DNA of 64,000 nt, taken from Treponemataceae bacterium (lineage in GTDB: Bacteria; Spirochaetota; Spirochaetia; Treponematales; Rectinemataceae). The position numbers and the translations under genes were made by a program. The stretch is from NCBI GenBank assembly GCA_963678065.2, contig CAXXVZ010000003.1:1344001-1408000 (forward strand). The letters are read 5' to 3'. The notes beneath the pieces were generated by a model that saw nothing but the letters and a program-made list of their open reading frames with translations, was not told the DNA's origin and ran no database searches. How positions within the stretch are numbered: position 1 is the stretch's first letter; the number at the start of each line of letters is the position of its first letter. Below, one piece after another: positions 46,525 through 55,085 of this stretch.

Positions 46525-47499
46525 TCAGAGTATGTCTTTCAGGAACACTTCCTCGCCGTGCAAGTCCCTGCTCATCTGGCCCGCGATCACCATGCGCATG
46601 AGCTCCTCGGTCTCGCTGTAGGGGAAAGGCCGCAGGCCCGTGCGGAGGTAGTCCACGAACTTCACGAGCTGTTTGCGGAACGAGTAGTAGCTGTCCCTCT
46701 GGACGACCGTGTCGCTCCCCTTCGTCCCGCAGAGCGTCATGAGACCGAAGCCCCCGAACATGTCCTTCGTGACGACCACGACGACGTCGATCCCCTTCTC
46801 GTGCTTGAAGTGGACGACATTCCTCTCGGCCGTGCCGGTGTTCCTGCACGAGATGTAGCCGGGTCCCGTCACGGAGAAGACGCCCTCGAGCGCATGGATG
46901 CCGTAGGTCTCCCATTTCTTCGCGCAGGTCACCGTGACGTAGCGCAGTTCGCCCAGATTGTGCGTGGATTCCTGATAGGGGATATATTCCTTGGAGTACC
47001 GCATGGAACTGCTGCTCATGATCGGTCTGCCCTCGGCCACCCAGGCGTTGAAGACGGCGAGATCCCGGGCGTTGTCCACGAGGGGTTTGTCGACGAAGAT
47101 GGGAATCCCCGCCTCCACGAAGGGTCTCGCCCTCTCGACGTGCTCGCTCCCGATGTCCGTCGCGATGATCACCGCGTCGACCTCGCCTATGACATCCTCA
47201 GGATGCGCCACCACCTTCGGGATGAGGGAGCAGCGCGCCGCGTGCTCGGCCTCAAAATCTCCCGAACCTGTGCAGCAGATGTGGGTGACCTTCGCTCCGG
47301 GGATGCCGAGCGTGTCCTTGGGCTGTTTGTTCAGGTATTCAGGTATGCCCGCGTAAGGACACTCGGAAGTCATCAGGCTCTCGTCGTATCCGTTGAAAAT
47401 CGCGCTCCAGGAATAGGGGTGCCCGTTGCCGGGCGTGCGGCCCAGCATGGCTATCCGGATGCTCTCCGATTCGACGAGCGGTTTACCAAGCTTTTCCAT
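46525..47499 (-). CDS. Gfo/Idh/MocA-family oxidoreductase
   Basis: RIAMLG..GNGHPYSWSAIFNG, VDAVII, IFVDKPL, SSSMRY, YGIHALE. Confidence 0.85.
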   Translation of the reverse strand: MEKLGKPLVESESIRIAMLGRTPGNGHPYSWSAIFNGYDESLMTSECPYAGIPEYLNKQPKDTLGIPGAKVTHICCTGSGDFEAEHAARCSLIPKVVAHPEDVIGEVDAVIIATDIGSEHVERARPFVEAGIPIFVDKPLVDNARDLAVFNAWVAEGRPIMSSSSMRYSKEYIPYQESTHNLGELRYVTVTCAKKWETYGIHALEGVFSVTGPGYISCRNTGTAERNVVHFKHEKGIDVVVVVTKDMFGGFGLMTLCGTKGSDTVVQRDSYYSFRKQLVKFVDYLRTGLRPFPYSETEELMRMVIAGQMSRDLHGEEVFLKDIL

Positions 47500-47541
47500 G
47501 ACGTAACACTCCCTGGCGTATCTGCCATCGCCTATCGATCA

Positions 47542-48402
47542 TCAGCCTTTGACGGCCCCCATCGTGATGCCCTTAACGAAGTACTTCTGGAAGAACGCGA
47601 AGATCGCGATCATGGGCATGGCCCCGAAACTGGCCCCCGCCATGAGCAGGCCATAGTCGACGCTCATCTCCGTGCTGGACACCTTCGAGATCCCGACCGG
47701 AAGCGTCGCCATGGCGAGATCCTTCACCATGACGAGCTGCCACATGTAGTCGTTCCAGGTGTTCACGAAGGTCAGGATGCCGATGGTCGCTATCGCGGGC
47801 ACGCTGATCGGAAGGATGATCCGGGAGAACACCGTCCACTCGCCCGCGCCGTCGATCTTCGCCGATTGGATTATGTCGTCGGGCAAGCCCTGCATGTACT
47901 GCTTCATGAGAAAGAGACCGAAAGGCCACGCCACCATCGGGAGGAACTGCCCCGGATAGGTGTTGTAGAGGGAATACTTGTTCATGAGGATATAGAGGGG
48001 GATGAGCATCACCTGCTTGGGAACCATCATCGCAGTGAGGAGCATCCAGAAAAGGAAGTTCTTCCCGGCGAACTTTTTCTTGCCGAAGGCGTATCCCGCG
48101 AGCGAGGAGAAGAAGACCGTCAGCACCGTGCTGGAGCTCGCGACAATCAGGCTGTTCAGAAACCACCTGAGTGCGGGAGTCTGATTGAAGAGTTTGTCGA
48201 AATTCTTCAGGGTCAGCTTCACCGGAAGAAACACCGGAGGAGTCTGGATGGCGAAGAAGGAGGGCTGAAACGCCGCCTTGGCCATCCAATACAGAGGGAA
48301 CAAGAAAAGAAACGCCAGAAGGAGCAGAAGGATGAACGAAACGGTGAAGCCCGCCCTGTTCAGAAAACCGCCCTGTCTATATTCGTTAGTGCTGGTGAGC
48401 AT
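47542..48402 (-). CDS. Carbohydrate ABC transporter permease (MalG-like)
   Basis: IIQSAKIDGAGE, WNDYMW, FQKYFVKG, GAVKG. Confidence 0.93.
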   Translation of the reverse strand: MLTSTNEYRQGGFLNRAGFTVSFILLLLLAFLFLFPLYWMAKAAFQPSFFAIQTPPVFLPVKLTLKNFDKLFNQTPALRWFLNSLIVASSSTVLTVFFSSLAGYAFGKKKFAGKNFLFWMLLTAMMVPKQVMLIPLYILMNKYSLYNTYPGQFLPMVAWPFGLFLMKQYMQGLPDDIIQSAKIDGAGEWTVFSRIILPISVPAIATIGILTFVNTWNDYMWQLVMVKDLAMATLPVGISKVSSTEMSVDYGLLMAGASFGAMPMIAIFAFFQKYFVKGITMGAVKG

Positions 48403-48415
48403 CGGTCTTCTCCCG

Positions 48416-49288
48416 TCAATAGTTGAGCTCTTCGCCCGCGTACAGTTTCTGGAGCAGTGTTATGAGGATGACGATGACGAGCAGAACCATCCCCATCGCC
48501 GAGGCCCTTCCGAACTGGTTGAACCAGAAAGCGTCCTTGTATATCTGGAAGACGATGGTCTCCGTGGACCTCGCCGGCCCTCCGTTCGTCAGCAGCTGGA
48601 TGACCACCCATGTCTGGAAGACGGCGATCGTCTGCGTGACCAGGATAAAGAAGGTCGTCGGCTTGAGGAGGGGGGCCACAATCTTCCACTTTATTGTCGA
48701 AGGTTTCGCGCCGTCGATGCGCGCGGCCTCAAGTATCTCCTCGGGGACGTTGCCCACTGCCGCGAGGTACACGATGAGGATGGTGCCGAAATTGAACGTA
48801 AAAATGACGATCATCAGGTAGTACAGTGTCCGGGGCGAGGCCATCCACATGACCGGCGCCTGTCCGAGCAGTTCCATCATGAAATTCAGTAGTCCGTAGC
48901 TCGGATCGAATATCCACTTCCAGATCAGGCTTATCACGACACCGCTCAGAACGACGGGGAGGTAGAAAACCGCGCGGAAAAAAGCGCCCAGGCCGCTCGA
49001 GAGTTTATTGATCCGTATGGCGGTGACAAAGCCGATGAAGGTCGCCACAGGAACGAGAATTATGACGAGGATGAAGGTATTCTTGATCGCGACAATGAAG
49101 TAGGGATCGCTGAAAATGTCGAAGTAATTGGCGAATCCTATCCACTTCGCCGCGATCAGGCCCTTCTGCTGAAAGCTGATGATGAAAGAGAGGATGATCG
49201 GATACAGGACGAAGAGCAGGAACATGAGGACGCTCGGCAGTATGAAGAGATAGGCCGAACTGTTTCTTTCGAGAGATTTCTTTTTCAT
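48416..49288 (-). CDS. Carbohydrate ABC transporter permease (MalF-like)
   Basis: WIGFANY, LEAARIDGA, LTNGGP. Confidence 0.93.
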   Translation of the reverse strand: MKKKSLERNSSAYLFILPSVLMFLLFVLYPIILSFIISFQQKGLIAAKWIGFANYFDIFSDPYFIVAIKNTFILVIILVPVATFIGFVTAIRINKLSSGLGAFFRAVFYLPVVLSGVVISLIWKWIFDPSYGLLNFMMELLGQAPVMWMASPRTLYYLMIVIFTFNFGTILIVYLAAVGNVPEEILEAARIDGAKPSTIKWKIVAPLLKPTTFFILVTQTIAVFQTWVVIQLLTNGGPARSTETIVFQIYKDAFWFNQFGRASAMGMVLLVIVILITLLQKLYAGEELNY

Positions 49289-49317
49289 CAGCTCACCCGC
49301 AGGAATTGGGATATGAA

Positions 49318-49345
49318 TTTCCTCCCGGGATACCCCGGGAGGAAA
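49318..49345 (-). terminator. Stem-loop downstream of the SBP gene
   Basis: TTTCCTCCCGGG-ATAC-CCCGGGAGGAAA perfect 12-bp stem. Confidence 0.6.
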
Positions 49346-49352
49346 AGGATGC

Positions 49353-50699
49353 TTACTGACCTAAGATTTTTTTGAGACCGGCTTCGAGATCGGCGGCTGT
49401 CTTCTCGGGAGTCTTCATCCCGGAGAACATGGCCTGGAGCTGGGATCCCAGCTCGGTGCGGATCTTGTTGTAGTTGGGATTGGAGAGCCCGAAGTTCCCC
49501 GAGGGGTACTTGGCCAGGATGTCCTGCATCGTCTCGCCGAGGGCATCGCCCTTGTAGATGTTCAAGGCGGCGATCGACTTGGTCGCGGGGAGCTGTCCGA
49601 GCATCTTCGCGGAGGCCGCGAGATACTTGCCCTGGATGTAGAACTCGATGAACTCGACCGCCGCTTTCTGCTTGGCCTGATCCTTGGTCATGACGATGAA
49701 GCCGGTGGGTCCGATCGCGACGGAGGGGCTGATTCCGGGTTTGGTCGGGAAGGGATAGAGGGAAACGGCCGCCGGTCCTTCGATAGTGCCGTCTTTCACG
49801 GCCGCGGCCATCGTGGTGTAGTGACCTCTGTTGCCGGCCCAGCCGCCGATCTTGTTGCTGTACATGAGCTTCAGAACGTCGGAGCTGGTCATGCTCGCGG
49901 TGCCGGGGGCGAGGAGTCCATCCTTGTCGAGGGAGAGGAGGAACTTGAGCGCTTCCACGGTCTGGGGAGAGTTGACCACGACCTTGCCGCTCTTGTCGAA
50001 GAGCTGTCCGCCGAATCCCCAGATGAATTCCCACCACACGTAGTCGCCCTGCTCGCTCGCGCAGCCGAGGCCGTAGGGATAGACACCCTTCGGGAAGGCT
50101 TTCTTGGCGGCGACGAGGCGGTTGCGGAAATCATCCATCGACTGTGCGGTGCCGAGAGGAGGAAGAGCGTTTCCGATACCGTATTTGTCGAACAGGAACT
50201 TGTTGAAGAGCTGCATCTGGACCCAGGCGAAGATCGGGTAGGCGTGAAGCTTCCCGTTGATCATGTACAGGTCCTTGAACGAGGGGATTATGTCGTCGAT
50301 CGCCTTCTGGGAGATGAGATTGTCGAGGGGGATGCCCGCTCCCTGATAGTACCATCCGCCTGTGCGCCCGAGGTAATCGAGGACGATATCCGGAGGATTT
50401 CCGCCCGCGATGGCCACATTCACTTTGTCGACGCCGCCTTCCCAGGGCTGCAGTTCAGGAACGACTTCGATGTCGGGGTTGGCCTTGTTGAACTCGGATA
50501 CGAGGAACTTCTCCCAATCCCCGAAGGCCTTCGAGTTGGACTCGTACCCGGCGATGTTGATGAACTGGGGGAAGAACCAGAATGTTATTTTGGTTTTACC
50601 ACCCGCAGCACTGGTTCCCTTCTGTGTCTGGGCCGAGACCCCGGACGCAAGGAACAGAATACAGAACAGCAGCAAGAGAGATGACTTCGCTCTTTTCAT
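49353..50699 (-). CDS. Carbohydrate ABC transporter substrate-binding protein (family 1)
   Basis: GGAGG RBS, signal peptide, EFNKANPDIEV, AGGNPPDI, WGFGG. Confidence 0.9.
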   Translation of the reverse strand: MKRAKSSLLLLFCILFLASGVSAQTQKGTSAAGGKTKITFWFFPQFINIAGYESNSKAFGDWEKFLVSEFNKANPDIEVVPELQPWEGGVDKVNVAIAGGNPPDIVLDYLGRTGGWYYQGAGIPLDNLISQKAIDDIIPSFKDLYMINGKLHAYPIFAWVQMQLFNKFLFDKYGIGNALPPLGTAQSMDDFRNRLVAAKKAFPKGVYPYGLGCASEQGDYVWWEFIWGFGGQLFDKSGKVVVNSPQTVEALKFLLSLDKDGLLAPGTASMTSSDVLKLMYSNKIGGWAGNRGHYTTMAAAVKDGTIEGPAAVSLYPFPTKPGISPSVAIGPTGFIVMTKDQAKQKAAVEFIEFYIQGKYLAASAKMLGQLPATKSIAALNIYKGDALGETMQDILAKYPSGNFGLSNPNYNKIRTELGSQLQAMFSGMKTPEKTAADLEAGLKKILGQ

Positions 50700-50855
50700 A
50701 AACACCTCCCGATAAACTTTCTCCGCCCCACGGACGGCCTGTTGCCACGAGACAAATGAACAAGCGACGCAGCCGAAAGGTATTCGCCTTCGGACCGGAA
50801 AGGATTCCTGCGGTCCGGAAGTCTTGCACGGACGCTCGCTTCCTGGACAAAAGTC

Positions 50856-50884
50856 ATGCTATACCGGATATAACAATATGTCAA
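50856..50884 (-). promoter_or_regulatory. Proximal sigma70-type promoter of the SBP operon with ATATTGTTAT element in its spacer
   Basis: Minus strand TTGACA-17-TAGCAT. Confidence 0.6.
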
Positions 50885-51081
50885 TAAAAAAGCGATCTAC
50901 TTTCTTTACAATTTTTATTGCTTTACTTTGCATTCCTTAGGCTTTCGTTTTAAACAAAACAGAACGGACGGACGCGATGATCATTCCGGATGCCGGACTC
51001 GCCTGAGGATAGGGCCAAAGGTCGCCCCACTGAAGCCCATCCCTCACCACGTGGCCTCAGGACGGCGAGGAGAATCGACCG

Positions 51082-51126
51082 AATTCATTTCAGAAATTAT
51101 AATTAGACATTTTCCAATAAGTCAAG
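51082..51126 (-). promoter_or_regulatory. Distal sigma70-type promoter with candidate ROK operator
   Basis: Minus strand TTGACT-18-TATAAT overlapping AATT-N9-AATT; 34/45 identical to 55041-55085. Confidence 0.6.
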
Positions 51127-51168
51127 AACATTCTGCATTCCTAATCACGGCACGAATCGTACAATAGT

Positions 51169-52302
51169 TCAGATGTAGTAGTGGCCGGGCACTTCGAAAA
51201 ACTCCCTCAACACCAGGGACAGGGCTCCGAGACCTGCCGCATCGGCGAGGGTGGACGCGACGAGCCTCGTTCTCTCGGCGCACTCGCGAAGGCAGTGGTC
51301 GCGAACTCCGCGCTCGACGCCGTTCATGAAATACGGAGCAAAGCGGGTCAGAGATCCGTTCACGAACAGTGTGGGCGGGTTCAGCACCGCGACGATGGGA
51401 GCCAGGGCCTTGCCCAGGAGGTAACCTTTTTCTTCCGCCAGAGCGTCCGTCCTGGCGGATCGCGGAAGGCTTTCAAGCCCGCCGGGAGAATCCGGCGGCA
51501 CTCCGAACTCGGGACGGAGTACCCTCTCCGAAAGGTATGCCTCCAGGCAGCCCAGCCTCCCGCAGCTGCAGGGATTCCCGCCGACCTCGATGACGGTGTG
51601 GCCTATTTCTCCCGTGTACGAACCGCGGTTCTCGTAGAGCCTGCGCTGGAAGACGAGTCCGGCGCCGATACCGATGCCCAGATTGACCACAACGAAGTCA
51701 TCGATGTCGCGGGCGGCGCCGAACCATTTTTCGGCGAGAGCCTCGGCCTTGGAGGAATTCTCGAAATAGACGGGAGTCTCCTCCATAGAGAGAAAGAAGG
51801 AGGACGAACAGCCATCGAGTCCGTTGAAGTTGGCGGCGCGCACGATGCGCCCGAGCGAGTCTATGACGGCGGGGATGACGATACCTATCCCCCTGAATCC
51901 GGACGGCGCGGCTTCCCGGAGCTGGACAAGGAGCTGCCGCGTCCTCTGCGCGATCAGAGCTGCGGGAGAACCGCTCTCGTAGCGAAGCGTCGCAGTTTTT
52001 ACCGCCTGACCGTGAAAATCGGCGACAAGGCCCCTGACGCGATCGGGTTCGACGCTGATCCCCGCGCAGAGCAGGTCGGGAGCGAAGACCAAAAGCTCGT
52101 GGGGCCGGCCTTCCGTCATTTTTTTCTGACCGGAATCCACGACAAGGCCGCCCTCGATGAACCTGTCCACGATGTTCGTCACGGTTTTCTTGTCGAGATT
52201 CGTGGCCCAAGCGATGTGCGAGCGGGACAATGGGGCGCCGAGGCGAAGCGCGTTCAGCACCTTGCATTCGTTGATGCGCTTGATGAGCGAGTGGTTTTGC
52301 AT
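51169..52302 (-). CDS. ROK-family transcriptional repressor (NagC/XylR-like)
   Basis: N-terminal HTH (LSRSHIAWATNLDKKTVT, GRP), GIGIGAG, GEIGHTV, CSCGRLGCLEAY. Confidence 0.9.
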   Translation of the reverse strand: MQNHSLIKRINECKVLNALRLGAPLSRSHIAWATNLDKKTVTNIVDRFIEGGLVVDSGQKKMTEGRPHELLVFAPDLLCAGISVEPDRVRGLVADFHGQAVKTATLRYESGSPAALIAQRTRQLLVQLREAAPSGFRGIGIVIPAVIDSLGRIVRAANFNGLDGCSSSFFLSMEETPVYFENSSKAEALAEKWFGAARDIDDFVVVNLGIGIGAGLVFQRRLYENRGSYTGEIGHTVIEVGGNPCSCGRLGCLEAYLSERVLRPEFGVPPDSPGGLESLPRSARTDALAEEKGYLLGKALAPIVAVLNPPTLFVNGSLTRFAPYFMNGVERGVRDHCLRECAERTRLVASTLADAAGLGALSLVLREFFEVPGHYYI

Positions 52303-52436
52303 CCTGATCGCCTCGGTGTAGTCCATGATACGCGAGGGTGAGCGGGGCGCGCCAGTCCGGAAAACGCGGCGGATTGACAATTTTCGATATATGATAACAT
52401 TATATATGGCTACATTTTCAAGATTAAAGAGGATTT

Positions 52437-53177
52437 ATGCCCCTTGAAGGAACCGCATACAGCAAACTGTACAACCATCTGCACGAGCGCATCGTCACCA
52501 GAGTGTACGGCCCCGGCGACAAACTGCCCTCCGAAAGAGAACTCTGCGATACCTTCGATGTGTCGCGGATAACCTGTCGCAGAGCTCTCTCCATGCTGCA
52601 GGACCACGGGCTCATAGAGCGTTTCCCGGGAATCGGGACCTTCGTCCGGGAAATCCGCTCGCACAAGGTTCCCATCCTCGACGGAGACTACTCGGGCTCC
52701 ATGCGCGAACAGGCACCCGGCATGAAGAGGGTTCTCCTCTCGCTCGAGACCGTGGAACCTCCCGATCCGTACCGCGAACTCTTCGGCATGCTCAGGACCG
52801 ACAAGTGCCTGAAAGTTGAGCGGTTGGACCAGCAGGGCGACGAGCCCCTCAGCTACGACAGGGGCTACATCCCGCTACCGCTCTCGACCTCGGTCGACGA
52901 GGTCATGGCCGTCCAGATCGACTTCCTCGATCTCTGGATGGAGAAACAGGGACTCTCGTACTCCTACATCCGCAGCTCCGTAGAGGCCATCGAGGCCGAC
53001 GAGACGGCCGCGCTCAGGCTGGAATGCCCGATACGGACGCCGGTGCTCCTCACCATCGACCTCATACACAGCGTGGACGGAAAAATTCTCGCGATCTTCG
53101 AGTCAGTCTACCGCGGCGACCGATTCAAGATCATGTCGACAAAGACGAAGCAGCAAGGCGGACCCGCACAGGCCTAA
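52437..53177 (+). CDS. GntR-family regulator, HutC/UTRA subfamily
   Basis: LPSERELCDTFDVSRITCRRAL, GIGTFV, C-terminal UTRA-like (YRGDRF). AGAGG RBS. Confidence 0.9.
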   Translation: MPLEGTAYSKLYNHLHERIVTRVYGPGDKLPSERELCDTFDVSRITCRRALSMLQDHGLIERFPGIGTFVREIRSHKVPILDGDYSGSMREQAPGMKRVLLSLETVEPPDPYRELFGMLRTDKCLKVERLDQQGDEPLSYDRGYIPLPLSTSVDEVMAVQIDFLDLWMEKQGLSYSYIRSSVEAIEADETAALRLECPIRTPVLLTIDLIHSVDGKILAIFESVYRGDRFKIMSTKTKQQGGPAQA

Positions 53178-53217
53178 AAGGCTTTGCGGGCGAAGGCGGT
53201 GCGGCGCGAGATCGCCG

Positions 53218-53991
53218 TCAGCAGTGCAGGCCCCCGTCCATGAGGATGTCCTCGCCTGTCAGATACGCGGAGGCGTCGGAGGCGAGCAGCACCGCGAGCC
53301 CCTTGATATCGTCGCCGCAGGCCATCCGCCCGAGGGGCACCGCGCGGCAGTAGCGTGAATAGAAGGGCTCTGGCTGATTCGCGGCCAACCCTCCCGGACT
53401 GATGCAGTTCACGCGGATATTCTTTGGACCGTATCTGCGCGCCAGATACTTGGTCAGAGCCGCGAGTCCGCCTTTGTGGAAACTGTAGTCGGGAGAGGCG
53501 TCCATCGTCGTTCCCTCGTACAGGTCGAAGGAGGGGCTGAACGAGCCCTTCATCGACCCGATATTGATGACCGATCCGCCGCCGCCCTTCTCCATGAGGC
53601 GAAGCATCCCGCGCATGAGGTCGAACATGCCCGTCGCGTTCACCGCCATCGACCGGGCCCAGGCATCGAGCGGGTCGTCGAAACCCTGCATGGTGAGCGC
53701 GTAGGCATTGTTGACGAATACGTCCAAGCGGCCGAAGCGCGACTCGATCTCATTTCCCAGGGCGGCGACCGATTCGGGCGAAGCCTGGTCGAGTCTCATC
53801 GCGCATGCCTGGAATCCTTCGGAGACGAGTTCCTCGGCGTAGGCGCGGCAGGCCGGAAGGTCGCGCGAAGCCACGATGACAGTTCCACCCGCCTCGGCCA
53901 TGCCGCGGGCGATATGGCGGCCGTATTTCCCCGCCCCGCCCGTGACGAGAATGATTTTTCCTTCCAGGCTCAAAAGCTTCCTGACATCCAT
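53218..53991 (-). CDS. SDR-family oxidoreductase (paralog of 44813-45595)
   Basis: TGGAGKYG, FVNNA, YEGTTM, YSFHK, RVNCISPGG. Confidence 0.92.
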   Translation of the reverse strand: MDVRKLLSLEGKIILVTGGAGKYGRHIARGMAEAGGTVIVASRDLPACRAYAEELVSEGFQACAMRLDQASPESVAALGNEIESRFGRLDVFVNNAYALTMQGFDDPLDAWARSMAVNATGMFDLMRGMLRLMEKGGGGSVINIGSMKGSFSPSFDLYEGTTMDASPDYSFHKGGLAALTKYLARRYGPKNIRVNCISPGGLAANQPEPFYSRYCRAVPLGRMACGDDIKGLAVLLASDASAYLTGEDILMDGGLHC

Positions 53992-54032
53992 AGCGTCACT
54001 CCTTCACTACCTTCTCTTCAAGCATTCTCTCT

Positions 54033-54983
54033 TCACCACAGGGCGTCCATGTCGATACGAACGCCGCCCATTCTCTTCGACAGCTCTCCTGCGATGACAG
54101 CCCGCGATACCGCGAGCGTCTCTTCGTGCCAGGCAGGGCGCCGTCCGCTCTCGACCATGCCGGTGAAGGCCTCGAGCATGCGGAAAAAGCCCCAGAAATA
54201 GGATTCGAAGCCGTCGGTCTCGTCCGCGAAGGGGACCGTGACGTGGGCTCCGCCCGCCTTCTGGTAGCAGGTGAACCCGATCGGCAGAGAGATCCCGTCG
54301 ATGGCCTCAAGTACCGCAGACAGGCCGTTTCGGTAGACGATGCGCACGACGTCGCAGCCGGGTTCGCCGATATTCTGGACAGATTTGAAATCTGCGCCGA
54401 AGAGCGCGACGATGCCGTCGAGCAGATGATTCCCGTACCTGATCCAGTTGACCGTGCTGATGCCGTGGATGGAGCGGACGCTCGCCGGGTCCAGGCTCTT
54501 CCGGGCATCCATGACCGCGTTCGTGAAGCGGCTCGACGATCCCGCCATGAAAGGGTAGTTTTCGCCCGCGGCGGCGATGATCCGGTGGTAATCCCCGAAA
54601 TTCTGTGCGATGACTTTGTCGATGTAGATCGGCACGCCCGCCTCTATGAAGGGTCGGGCCATCTCCCAGTGATTCCAGGGATCGTCCCGCGCGAGGATCA
54701 CTCCGTCCACCTTGCCCAGCATGTCGGTGTAGCGGTCGACGATGTGAGGGATTCCGGCCAGCCTCGCCACCTTCGCCGAGATCGCCGCATCCTGGGTCCA
54801 GATGTGCGTCACCCGGGCGCCTGAAACCATGTGCCGGTTCTGGTGTATGCGGCTCAGGTAGGTTCTGATCGCGGCGAAGGGGCAGTCCGCCAGAGCCTCT
54901 TCGTCGAATCCGTTGAAAATGGCAGAGAATGAGTACGGATGCCCGTTGCCCTCATTGAGACCGATGATCCCGAAGCTCAGCAC
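54033..54983 (-). CDS. Gfo/Idh/MocA-family oxidoreductase (paralog of 46525-47499)
   Basis: GTG start with AAGGAGG RBS. GNGHPYSFSAIFNG, VDGVIL, IYIDK, YGNHLLD. Confidence 0.85.
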   Translation of the reverse strand: MLSFGIIGLNEGNGHPYSFSAIFNGFDEEALADCPFAAIRTYLSRIHQNRHMVSGARVTHIWTQDAAISAKVARLAGIPHIVDRYTDMLGKVDGVILARDDPWNHWEMARPFIEAGVPIYIDKVIAQNFGDYHRIIAAAGENYPFMAGSSSRFTNAVMDARKSLDPASVRSIHGISTVNWIRYGNHLLDGIVALFGADFKSVQNIGEPGCDVVRIVYRNGLSAVLEAIDGISLPIGFTCYQKAGGAHVTVPFADETDGFESYFWGFFRMLEAFTGMVESGRRPAWHEETLAVSRAVIAGELSKRMGGVRIDMDALW

Positions 54984-55040
54984 CGCACACCTCCTTAAGG
55001 CCTTCCCGAGAAACTGGATATGAGCCGCGCAAAATGAAGC

Positions 55041-55085
55041 AATTCGTTTTTAAAATTATAAATGGAATTCTTCCATCAAGTCAAG
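55041..55085 (-). promoter_or_regulatory. Sigma70-type promoter with candidate ROK operator for the Gfo-SDR pair
   Basis: Minus strand TTGACT-18-TATAAT overlapping AATT-N9-AATT; near copy of 51082-51126. Confidence 0.6.

Noticed and set aside
42465..47499. Nonulosonic acid or polysaccharide biosynthesis locus
   Set aside because: No NeuB-type synthase, cytidylyltransferase, glycosyltransferase or flippase. An importer, aldolases and catabolic repressors dominate.
19561..50699. Missing ATPase genes in both CUT1 ABC clusters as a sign of decay
   Set aside because: CUT1 systems commonly share an MsmX/MalK-type ATPase encoded elsewhere, and all ORFs appear intact.
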